Source: Antedon mediterranea (taxonomy: Eukaryota; Animalia; Echinodermata). From it: a DNA stretch of 64,000 bases. A model generated the notes under the pieces. The model did not search any database. It was not told the DNA's origin and saw only the letters and a program-made list of their open reading frames with translations. This document shows, piece by piece, positions 38,001 to 48,881 of this stretch; position 1 is the stretch's first letter; each line of letters opens with the position of its first letter. The stretch covers positions 19,361,365-19,425,364 of the forward strand of contig NC_092678.1 in NCBI RefSeq assembly GCF_964355755.1, written 5' to 3'. The translations under genes were made by a program, and so were the position numbers.

Positions 38001-38331
38001 CATTAATAACAGACCTACCATAATTTTGATCAGAAATCGCTATAACTAATTGTTCCAATCGGTTTGCATTAGCATACGATCGTCTTTCTCTCAGCTTAAA
38101 CACTTCCACGAGTAACTCCTCAAATACGCAAAGCCCAGTCTTTTTCTTGTCTGATTTGTAAGCATTATGCGGTCCTGGTTGCCGATGAAAGAGACTATTG
38201 TAAGCGCATACCCGCAGACGTCGCTTGCACTTATCAATGGTAATGTTGGGTTGGATTAGACGTGGACTATGTAGTGGATAGTTAAGTAAAACCTTGCCAA
38301 GATGATCTAAGCTGGAAGTCAAACTGTCCAT
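23089..38331 (-). CDS. TUBGCP6: Gamma-tubulin complex component 6, ~1657 aa, 27 coding exons
   Basis: In-frame GT-AG exons: 38019-38331, 37237-37364, 36822-36913, 36548-36614, 36009-36065, 35518-35673, 34662-34801, 33932-34139, 33200-33501, 32281-32466, 31908-31999, 31578-31717, 31223-31372, 31024-31105, 30755-30843, 30201-30316, 28596-30109, 28067-28229, 27391-27532, 26650-26806, 25754-25791, 25451-25583, 25315-25369, 24610-24709, 23979-24040, 23648-23847, 23089-23180. Motifs YLSEAG, LPTGIQLLSYIY, FLFLQDGEFSQSLCDQLF, LFRHEMQHFV and C-terminal RGYQPHLEEFLLRLNFNDFY, plus the large GCP6-type insertion with HGHxSD repeats. The 28229 acceptor is the least certain junction. Confidence 0.93.
26197..26355. 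mobile_element. Palindromic MITE (TGGTT(G/C)CCACTAG...CTAGTGGGAACCA family)
   Basis: Inverted termini and nested inverted aacgcaag / ttgaccaat motifs. Confidence 0.65.
27831..27961. mobile_element. PIF/Harbinger-like MITE copy
   Basis: Same TIRs as 22914-23049; flanks TAA/TTA. Confidence 0.75.
28372..28575 (+). mobile_element. Degenerate tRNA-derived SINE with Deu/Nin-like core and L2-like tail
   Basis: B-box gagttcaaatc, core ctctccacccgggtgtacaaatgagtacc, tail aatgtgaagcgctttgag..aagcgctatataa. Confidence 0.55.
32532..32701. mobile_element. PIF/Harbinger-like MITE copy
   Basis: Same TIR family; TTA on both flanks. Confidence 0.75.
32738..33190 (-). mobile_element. 5'-truncated non-LTR retrotransposon 3' end (Rex1/Babar-like)
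   Basis: Minus strand translates to YSLTVWFGS..LNRIVKTASRIIG..DDHFHP..MRSGRRFRSI and ends in a (TTGAC)n tail at 32738-32765. Confidence 0.7.
33655..33850 (-). mobile_element. tRNA-derived SINE family copy (further copies ~35205-35420 and ~37040-37160)
   Basis: Minus-strand A box (ttggtggttagc) and B box (ggttcaatcc). Body aactcaccaattacag..aaccctggcac is shared between copies. Confidence 0.6.
34210..34570 (+). mobile_element. Degenerate Rex1/Babar-like LINE fragment
   Basis: KGHQRLHFLRKLNKFNV..LFYK..FIAWFGNL..LIRITKIA followed by stops and frameshifts. Confidence 0.55.
36172..36520. mobile_element. Non-autonomous DNA element with 18-19-bp gtgtcccatgaataggg minisatellite
   Basis: About 10 tandem units at 36305-36500, TA-flanked ends, internal ggacacc/ggtgtcc inversion. 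Confidence 0.6.
37472..37925. repeat. 34-bp intronic minisatellite (aggcatgcaatactgatttctaaaaatagaatt(g/c)), ~13 copies
   Basis: Period 34, e.g. copies starting at 37542 and 37576. Confidence 0.9.
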
Positions 38332-38404
38332 TGTTTGACATTACATACTAAAATTGAAAAAAATAATGTTAAATAATAATTTCATGCATTTTGTTTGGAT
38401 TCCA

Positions 38405-38790
38405 CACTAGGCTACCCTCTAGACTACCCTACTACTAGTCTAGACCTAGGGCCTAGGCCTACATCCCTAGCTAGTAGTAGGCCTAGAGGATACAGGTCAA
38501 CCCGTACCCATGCCTAGCTAGCTAGGGCTAGCCTGGCCTACTAGCTAGCTAGAGGCCTAGTACTAGTAGTAGCCTAGCTAGGCTAATCTAATATTCTGGC
38601 TTAGCCTAGCCAAAGCCTTTAGGCCTAGCTAGGTGTAGGCCTAGGCCTAGTAGTAGGCCTCTACGCCTCCCTAGCTAGGCCTAGACTACAATTTACATAC
38701 ATATCTGGCCTAGCCTAGCTAGGCCTAGCTAGTAGGTAGGCCTACTAGGGCTAACTACACTCTACCTAAGGGTAGGCCTAGCTTGCTATA
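38405..38790. repeat. CTAG/TAGGCCTA-rich low-complexity tract 5' of the TUBGCP6 start
   Basis: Dense overlapping ctag, agct and taggccta palindromes. Confidence 0.75.
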
Positions 38791-38924
38791 ATAACAATAC
38801 AGTACTTCCAAAATGGGGTAGCCTATTCCTTCCACAGACAGAGCAGTGTTGTACTTCAAGTTTCACCGCGCGTCTTCAGCAGTGTCGTCGTTGTTGTTTT
38901 AGATGCGAGAAAAAAAATAAGTGC

Positions 38925-38986
38925 AGGGCCGGGGGCGGGCCGGGGTCATCGATAACCGGAAGCGTTGAACTTTCCGGCGGGAAAAA
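38925..38986 (-). promoter_or_regulatory. Likely TUBGCP6 proximal promoter (GC box, ETS, E2F-like sites)
   Basis: GGGGGCGGGC, AACCGGAAG (~38954) and GGCGGGAAA (38976-38984) cluster in a CpG-rich patch about 600 bp upstream of the ATG. Confidence 0.55.
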
Positions 38987-40139
38987 TTAAATTTAATAGA
39001 GGGAGCAATTAATATTTTTAACTGAGAATAGCCTAGAGAATTTAAAAGTCTGTTTAAAATTAAATCAGGTTTGTAAAGTATAAAAACATATTGGCCCTTT
39101 TTGTTTTTTAAGTTTTTATTACAATTATTTGTCTTACTAAAGTATAATAAAACAAAATAAGTGCAGCATGAGCTGAAAACATTTTGACATTTGCCAAATG
39201 AAGTAAATTTTTTTTTTCAAAATACATTTTGCCACTACTGAGTGTTATTTTAAACCTAACTTGACACCTTGACATCAATTTTATTACATTGTTTTTGTTT
39301 ATTTTAAAAACATTCATCCGATGCAGATTGTGAGCGTTTAGTGAAGTCTTTACCATTCTTTTTTAAACAACTATAAAAATCAATTTGAGAAATTAGATTT
39401 TAAGTTAGGTGTAAAAGCATCCAACATCACTTAATTATCAATTGCACTGTCAACAAAATGGAATGTCTGGTTATATATTGGTTACAAATTGTCTTACAAC
39501 CATTACATGATTTGAAATCCGATTATCATTTTTCTTAAATGCAGAGCTAGTTGACAAAACAAAAATTAATATCACCACACCACTGTCTCTTCATTGTCCG
39601 ATCAAATTGTGCTACTCTGTCCCCCACATTTGACAAGTTTAGGTTTATTTTTTTTTAATTTAACATTCTTCTTTTACATCACCCATTAAAACAAAACTGA
39701 CTGCAGTGTAATGTTTATCACTCTTTGATATACACTTTATTAACATCGTCCATGTTGTACACGGTTTTTCCTACATAGAGGGTGTCAACAACATCACATG
39801 CAGTTGCAAAATATATTGGCAACAAATAAAAAGAAAAAAAAAGATTGCAGGCGTTTCACACAACTTAAAAAAAAACTTAATATTTATAATAATCAAACTG
39901 ATATAATACAAACTATTCTAATAAATAAAATAATCTATTCATAATAAAATATTAAAACACATGATATATAAACATACCTCTGTGTGGATGTGAAATACTT
40001 GCTATAGTACAAATAATTGCTTATGAAGTGTCAAATAGAGGAAAAAATATAATTTACATATTTCTTACTAATAATAACATTTGGATTTGATAATACTATA
40101 ATACAATTATTGATTATTATTTGCTCGAGTTGAGTACGG

Positions 40140-43100
40140 TAGTAGCTTGATTGTCTCACATTACATTGTACAATACTCGCTTGATCATCTCACTAGGCAA
40201 TAGTAGTTGTTGATTATACCACACAGTAAAGGTAGTTGCTTGATTATGATTTTCTCACATTACATGGTACAATACTCGCTTGATCATCTCACTAGGCAAT
40301 AGTACTGTAGTTGTTGATTATACCACACAGTAAAGGTAGTTGCTTGATTGTCTCACATTACATGGTACAATACTCGCTTGATCATCTCACTAGGCAATAG
40401 TAGTCATTGATTATGCCACACAGTAAAGGTAGTTGCTTGATTGTCTCGCATTACATGGATCAATACTCGTTTGATCATCTCACAACGCAATAGTAGTCAT
40501 TGATTTTACCACACAGTAAAGGTAGTTGCTTGATTGTCTCACATTACATGGTACAATACTCGCTTGATCATCTCACTGGGCAATAGTAGTCATTGATTAT
40601 ATCCCACAGTAAAGGTAGTTGCTTGATTGTCTCACATTACATGGTACAATACTCGCTTGATCATCTCACTAGGCAATAGTAGTCATTGATTATACCACAC
40701 AGTAAAGGTAGTTGCTTCGATTGTCTCACATTACATGGATCAATACTCGTTTGATCATCTCACAACGCAATAGTAGTCATTGATTTTACCACACAGTAAA
40801 GGTAGTTGCTTGATTGTCTCACATTACATGGTACAATACTCGCTTGATCATCTCACTGGGCAATAGTAGTCATTGATTATACCCCACAGTAAAGGTAGTT
40901 GCTTGATTGTCTCACATTACATGGTACAATACTCGCTTGATCATCTCACTAGGCAATAGTAGTCATTGATTATACCACACGGTAAAGGTAGTTGCTTGAT
41001 TGTCTCACATTACATGGTACAATACTCGCTTGATCATCTCACAATGCAATAGTAGTTGTTGATTATACCACACAGTAAAGGTAGTTGCTTGATTGTCTCA
41101 CATTACATGGATCAATACTCGCTTGATCATCTCACAACGCAATAGTAGTTGTTGATTATACCACACAGTAAAGGTAGTTGCTTGATTGTCTCACATTACA
41201 TGGATCAATACTCACTTGATCATTTCACAACGCAATAGTAGTTGTTGATTATACCACACAGTAAAGGTAGTTGCTTGATTGTCTCACATTACATGGTACA
41301 ATACTCTCTTGATCACCTCACTAGCAATAGTAGTCATTGATTATACCACACAGTAAAGGTAGTTGCCTGATTGTCTCACATTACATGGTACAATACTCTC
41401 TTGATCACCTCACTAGCAATAGTAGTCATTGATTATACCACACAGTAAAGGTAGTTACTTGATTGTCTCACATTACATGGTACAATACTCGCTTGATCAT
41501 TTCACAACACAATAGTAGTTGTTGATTATACCATACAGTAAAGGTAGTTACTTGATTGTCTCATATTACATGGTACAATACTCGCTTGATCATCTCACTA
41601 GGCAATAGTAGTTGTTGATTATACCCCACAGTAAAGGTAGTTGCTTGATTATCTTACATTACATGGTACAATACTCGCTTGATCATTTCACAACACAATA
41701 GTAGTGGTTGATTATACCATCACAGTAAAGGTAGTTGCTTGATTGGCTCAAATTACATGGTACAATACTCGCTTGATCATCTCACTAGGCAATAGTAGTC
41801 ATTGATTATACCACACAGTAAAGGTAGTTGCTTGATTGTCTCACATTACATGGTACAATACTCGCTTGATCATCTCACTGGGCAATAGTAGTCATTGATT
41901 ATACCCCACAGTAAAGGTAGTTGCTTGATTGTCTCACATTACATGGTACAATACTCGCTTGATCATCTCACTAGGCAATAGTAGTCATTGATTATACCAC
42001 AAAGTAAAGGTAGTTGCTTGATTGTCTCACATTACATGGATCAATACTCGCTTGATCATCTCACAACGCAATAGTAGTTGTTGATTATATTACACAGTAA
42101 AGGTAGTTGCTTGATTGTCTCACATTACATGGATCAATACTCGCTTGATCATCTCACAACGCAATAGTAGTTGTTGATTATACCACACAGTAAAGGTAGT
42201 TGCTTGATTGTCTCACATTACATGGATCAATACTCGCTTGATCATCTCACACCGCAATAGTAGTTGTTGATTATATCACACAGTAAAGGTAGTTGCTTGA
42301 TTGTCTCACATTACATGGTACAATACTCTCTTGATCACCTCACTAGCAATAGTAGTCATTGATTATACCACACAGTAAAGGTAGTTGCTTGATTGTCTCA
42401 CATTACATGGATCAATACTCGTTTGATCATCTCACAACGCAATAGTAGTCATTGATTTTACCACACAGTAAAGGTAGTTGCTTGATTGTCTCACATTACA
42501 TGGTACAATACTCGCTTGATCATCTCACTGGGCAATAGTAGTCATTGATTATACCCCACAGTAAAGGTAGTTGCTTGATTGTCTCACATTACATGGTACA
42601 ATACTCGCTTGATCATCTCACTAGGCAATAGTAGTCATTGATTATACCACACGGTAAAGGTAGTTGCTTGATTGTCTCACATTACATGGTACAATACTCG
42701 CTTGATCATCTCACAACGCAATAGTAGTTGTTGATTATACCACACAGTAAAGGTAGTTGCTTGATTGTCTCACATTACATGGATCAATACTCGCTTGATC
42801 ATCTCACAATGCAATAGTAGTTGTTGATTATACCACACAGTAAAGGTAGTTGCTTGATTGTCTCACATTACATGGATCAATACTCACTTGATCATCTCAC
42901 AACGCAATAGTAGTTGTTGATTATACCACACAGTAAAGGTAGTTGCTTGATTGTCTCACATTACATGGTACAATACTCTCTTGATCACCTCACTAGCAAT
43001 AGTAGTCATTGATTATACCACACAGTAAAGGTAGTTGCTTGATTGTCTCACATTACATGGTACAATACTCTCTTGATCACCTCACTAGCAATAGTAGTCA

Positions 43101-46100
43101 TTGATTATACCACACAGTAAAGGTAGTTACTTGATTGTCTCACATTACATGGTACAATACTCGCTTGATCATTTCACAACACAATAGTAGTTGTTGATTA
43201 TACCATACAGTAAAGGTATACTTGATTGTCTCATATTACATGGTACAATACTCGCTTGATCATCTCACTAGGCAATAGTAGTTGTTGATTATACCCCACA
43301 GTAAAGGTAGTTGCTTGATTATCTTACATTACATGGTACAATACTCGCTTGATCATTTCACAACACAATAGTAGTGGTTGATTATACCATCACAGTAAAG
43401 GTAGTTGCTTGATTGGCTCAAATTACATGGTACAATACTCGCTTGATCATCTCACTAGGCAATAGTAGTCATTGATTATACCACACAGTAAAGGTAGTTG
43501 CTTGATTGTCTCACATTACATGGATCAATACTCGTTTGATCATCTCACAACGCAATAGTAGTCATTGATTTTACCACACAGTAAAGGTAGTTGCTTGATT
43601 GTCTCACATTACATGGTACAATACTCGCTTGATCATCTCACTGGGCAATAGTAGTCATTGATTATACCACACAGTAAAGGTAGTTGCTTGATTGTCTCAC
43701 ATTACATGGTACAATACTCGCTTGATCATCTCACTAGGCAATAGTAGTCATTGATTATACCACACAGTAAAGGTAGTTGCTTGATTGTCTCACATTACAT
43801 GGTACAATACTCGCTTGATCATCTTACAACGCAATAGTAGTTGTTGATTATACCACACAGTAAAGGTAGTTGCTTGATTGTCTCACATTACATGGATCAA
43901 TACTCGCTTGATCATCTCACAATGCAATAGTAGTTGTTGATTATACTACACAGTAAAGGTAGTTGCTTGATTGTCTCACATTACATGGATCAATACTCGC
44001 TTGATCATCTCACAACGCAATAGTAGTTGTTGATTATACCACACAGTAAAGGTAGTTGCTTGATTGTCTCACATTACATGGATCAATACTCGCTTGATCA
44101 TCTCACACCGCAATAGTAGTTGTTGATTATATCACACAGTAAAGGTAGTTGCTTGATTGTCTCACATTACATGGTACAATACTCTCTTGATCACCTCACT
44201 AGCAATAGTAGTCATTGATTATACCACACAGTGAAGGTAGTTGCTTGATTGTCTCGCATTACATGGTACAATACTCGCTTGAACATCTTACAACGCAATA
44301 GTAGTCATTGATTATACCACACAGTAAAGGTAGTTGCTTGATTTTCTCACATTACATGGTACAATACTCTCTTGATCATCCCACAAGGCAATAGTAGTTG
44401 TTGATTATACCATACAGTAAAGCTAGTTGCTTGATTGGCTCACATTACATGGTACAATACTCGCTTGATCATCTCACTAGGCAATAGTAGTCATTGATTA
44501 TACCATACAGTAAAGGTAATTGCTTGATTGTCTCACATTACATGGTACAATACTCTCTTGATCATTTCACAACACAATAGTAGTTGTTGATTATACCACA
44601 CAGTAAATGTAGTTGCTTGATTGTCTCACATTACATGATACAATACTCGCTTGATCATCTCACTAGGCAATAGTAGTTGTTGATTATACCACACAGTAAA
44701 GGTAGTCGCTTGATTGTCTCACATTACATGGATCAATACTCGCTTGGTCATCTCACTAGGCAATAGTAGTCATTGATTATACCACACAGTAAAGGTAGTT
44801 GCTTGATTGTCTCACATTACATGGTACAATACTCGCTTGATCATCTCACTAGGCAATAGTAGTCATTGATTATATCACACAGTAAAGGTAGTTGCTTGAT
44901 TGTCTCACATTACATGGATCAATACTCGTTTGATCATCTCACAACGCAATAGTAGTCATTGATTTTACCACACAGTAAAGGTAGTTGCTTGATTGTCTCA
45001 CATTACATGGTACAATACTCGCTTGATCATCTCACTGGGCAATAGTAGTCATTGATTATACCCCACAGTAAAGGTAGTTGCTTGATTGTCTCACATTACA
45101 TGGTACAATACTCGCTTGATCATCTCACTAGGCAATAGTAGTCATTGATTATACCACACAGTAAAGGTAGTTGCTTGATTGTCTCACATTACATGGTACA
45201 ATACTCGCTTGATCATCTCACAACGCAATAGTAGTTGTTGATTATACCACACAGTAAAGGTAGTTGCTTGATTGTCTTACATTACATGGATCAATACTCG
45301 CTTGATCATCTCACAACGCAATAGTAGTTGTTGATTATACCACACAGTAAAGGTAGTTGCTTGATTGTCTCGCATTACATGGATCAATACTCGCTTGATC
45401 ATCTCACAACGCAATAGTAGTTGTTGATTATACCACACAGAAAAGGTAGTTGCTTGATTTGTCTCACATTACATGGATCAATACTCGCTTGATCATCTCA
45501 CACCGCAATAGTAGTTGTTGATTATACCACACAGTAAAGGTAGTTGCTTTATTGTCTCACATTACATGGTGCAATACTCGCTTGATCATCTCACTAGGCA
45601 ATAGTAGTTGTTGATTATACGACACAGTAAAGGTAGTTGCTTGATTGTCTCACATTACATGGTACAATACTCGCTTGATAATCTCACTAGACTTTTTATT
45701 TCTTATGTATCCGTGACTGGAACAGGCTCCCCAATTCACTCAAATCAATACAAAATAATGCAACCTTCAAAATAAAACTTAAAGAATATTTTAATAATGA
45801 ACAGCTTGGAATTTCAGTTTAATTAAGTTATTTTTAATATTGTTTTTTTGATGTTATCTTGTCTTGTATGTATTTTCTTGTTTTTTCATTTTTACTGAGT
45901 CATACTTAATGATAATTGTACTAGGCCCAACCACTCACTTTTCAGTCATTACGGATTGGACCCCATTGGAAATAAGTTGTCTCACATTACATGGTACAAT
46001 ACTCGCTTGATCATCTCACTAGGCAATAGTAGTTGTTGATTATAATACACAGTAAAGGTAGTTACTTGATTGTCTCATATTACATGGTACAATACTCGCT

Positions 46101-48745
46101 TGATCATCTCACAAGGCAATAGTAGTTGTTGATTATACCCCACAGTAAAGGTAGTTGCTTGATTATCTTACATTACATGGTACAATACTCGCTTGATCAT
46201 TTCACAACACAATAGTAGTGGTTGATTATACCATCACAGTAAAGGTAGTTGCTTGATTGGCTCACATTACATGGTACAATACTCGCTTGATCATCTCACT
46301 AGGCAATAGTAGTCATTGATTTTACCACACAGTAAAGGTAGTTGCTTGATTGTCTCACATTACATGGTACAATACTCGCTTGATCATCTCACTGGGCAAT
46401 AGTAGTCATTGATTTTACCACACAGTAAAGGTAGTTGCTTGATTGTCTCACATTACATGGTACAATACTCGCTTGATCATCTCACTGGGCAATAGTAGTC
46501 ATTGATTATACCCCACAGTAAAGGTAGTTGCTTGATTGTCTCACATTACATGGTACAATACTCGCTTGATCATCTCACTAGGCAATAGTAGTCATTGATT
46601 ATACCACACAGTAAAGGTAGTTGCTTGATTGTCTCACATTACATGGTACAATACTCGCTTGATCATCTCACAACGCAATAGTAGTTGTTGATTATACCAC
46701 ACAGTAAAGGTAGTTGCTTGATTGTCTCACATTACATGGATCAATACTCGCTTGATTATCTCACAACGCAATAGTAGTTGTTGATTATACCACACAGTAA
46801 AGGTAGTTGCTTGATTGTCTCACATTACATGGATCAATACTCGCTTGATCATCTCACAACGCAATAGTAGTTGTTGATTATACCACACAGTAAAGGTAGT
46901 TGCTTGATTGTCTCACATTACATGGATCAATACTCGCTTGATCATCTCACACCGCAATAGTAGTTGTTGATTATACCACACAGTAAAGGTAGTTGCTTGA
47001 TTGTCTCACATTACATGGTACAATACTCTCTTGATCACCTCACTAGCAATAGTAGTCATTGATTATACCACACAGTAAAGGTAGTTGCTTGATTGGCTCA
47101 CATTACATGGTACAATACTCGCTTGATCATCTCACTAGGCAATAGTAGTCATTGATTATACCACACAGGAAAGGTAGTTACTTGATTGTCTCACATTACA
47201 TGGTACAATACTCGCTTGATCAACTCACTAGGCAATAGTAGTCATTGATTATACCACACAGTAAAGGTAGTTGCTTGATTGTCTCACATTACATGGATCA
47301 ATACTCGTTTGATCATCTCACAACGCAATAGTAGTCATTGATTTTACCACACAGTAAAGGTAGTTGCTTGATTGTCTCACATTACATGGTACAATACTCG
47401 CTTGATCATCTCACTGGGCAATAGTAGTCATTGATTATACCCCACAGTAAAGGTAGTTGCTTGATTGTCTCACATTACATGGTACAATACTCGCTTGATC
47501 ATCTCACTAGGCAATAGTAGTCATTGATTATACCACACAGTAAAGGTAGTTACTTGATTGTCTCATATTACATGGTACAATACTCGCTTGATCATCTCAC
47601 AAGGCAATAGTAGTTGTTGATTATACCCCACAGTAAAGGTAGTTGCTTGATTATCTTACATTACATGGTACAATACTCGCTTGATCATTTCACAACGCAA
47701 TAGTAGTGGTTGATTATACCATCACAGTAAAGGTAGTTGCTTGATTGGCTCACATTACATGGTACAATACTCGCTTGATCATCTCACTAGGCAATAGTAG
47801 TCATTGATTATACCACACAGTAAAGGTAGTTGCTTGATTGTCTCACCATACATGGTACAATACTCGTTTGATCATCTCAAAACGCAATAGTAGTCATTGA
47901 TTTTACCACACAGTAAAGGTAGTTGCTTGATTGTCTCACATTACATGGTACAATACTCGCTTGATCATCTCACTGGGCAATAGTAGTCATTGATTATACC
48001 CCACAGTAAAGGTAGTTGCTTGATTGTCTCACATTACATGGTACAATACTCGCTTGGTCATCTCACTAGGCAATAGTAGTCATTGATTATACCACACAGT
48101 AAAGGTAGTGCTTGATTGTCTCACATTACATGGTACAATACTCGCTTGATCATCTCACAACGCAATAGTAGTTGTTGATTATACCACACAGTAAAGGTAG
48201 TTGCTTGATTGTCTCACATTACATGGATCAATACTCGCTTGATCATCTCACAAGGCAATAGTAGTCATTGATTATACCACACAGTAAAGGTAGTTGCTTG
48301 ATTGTCTCACATTACATGGTACAATACTCTCTTGATCATTTCACAACACAATAGTAGTTGTTGATTATACCACACAGTAAAGGTAGTTGCTTGATTGTCT
48401 CACATTACATGGTACAATACTCGCTTGATCATCTCACTAGGAAATAGTAGTTGTTGATTATACCATACAGTAAAGGTAGTCGCTTGATTGTCTCACATTA
48501 CATGGATCAATACTCGCTTGGTCATCTCACTAGGCAATAGTAGTCATTGATTATACCACACAGTAAAGGTAGTTGCTTGATTGTCTCGCATTAAATGGTA
48601 CAATACTCGCTTGATCATCTCACTAGGCGATAGTAGTCATTGATTATACCACCACACAGTAAAGGTAGTTGCTTGATTGTCTCACATTACATGGTACACT
48701 CGCTTGATCATCTCACTAGGCAATAGTACTGTAGTTGTTGATTAG
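40140..48745. repeat. 93-bp tandem satellite, ~89 monomers, non-coding
   Basis: Consensus gtagttgcttgattgtctcacattacatggtacaatactcgcttgatcatctcactaggcaatagtagtcattgattataccacacagtaaag. Period 93 (40321 to 40414). The monomer has stops in all six frames. Confidence 0.97.
45691..45976 (+). mobile_element. Short LINE 3'-end fragment (CR1/L2 group) interrupting the satellite
   Basis: Encodes FYFLCIRDWNRLPNSLKSIQNNATFKIKLKEYF, typical of CR1/L2 ORF2 C-termini, then a T-rich UTR and ggaccccattggaaataag. Confidence 0.65.
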
Positions 48746-48881
48746 ATTTCTGAAACCGGAAATAGCACTAGCTTTCATTTTTCAACACAGTAATGGTAAT
48801 TTCACACAGTCGTAGTACTTTGATTGATCGTCTCAAACATGGATTGAATGTCATACTTGGTTATAGACGTGGATCTTCTCA

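Noticed and set aside
40140-48745. CRISPR array or 31-codon coding repeat
   Set aside because: There are no unique spacers, since whole monomers are homologous. There are no cas genes, the context is eukaryotic, and the monomer has stops in all six frames.
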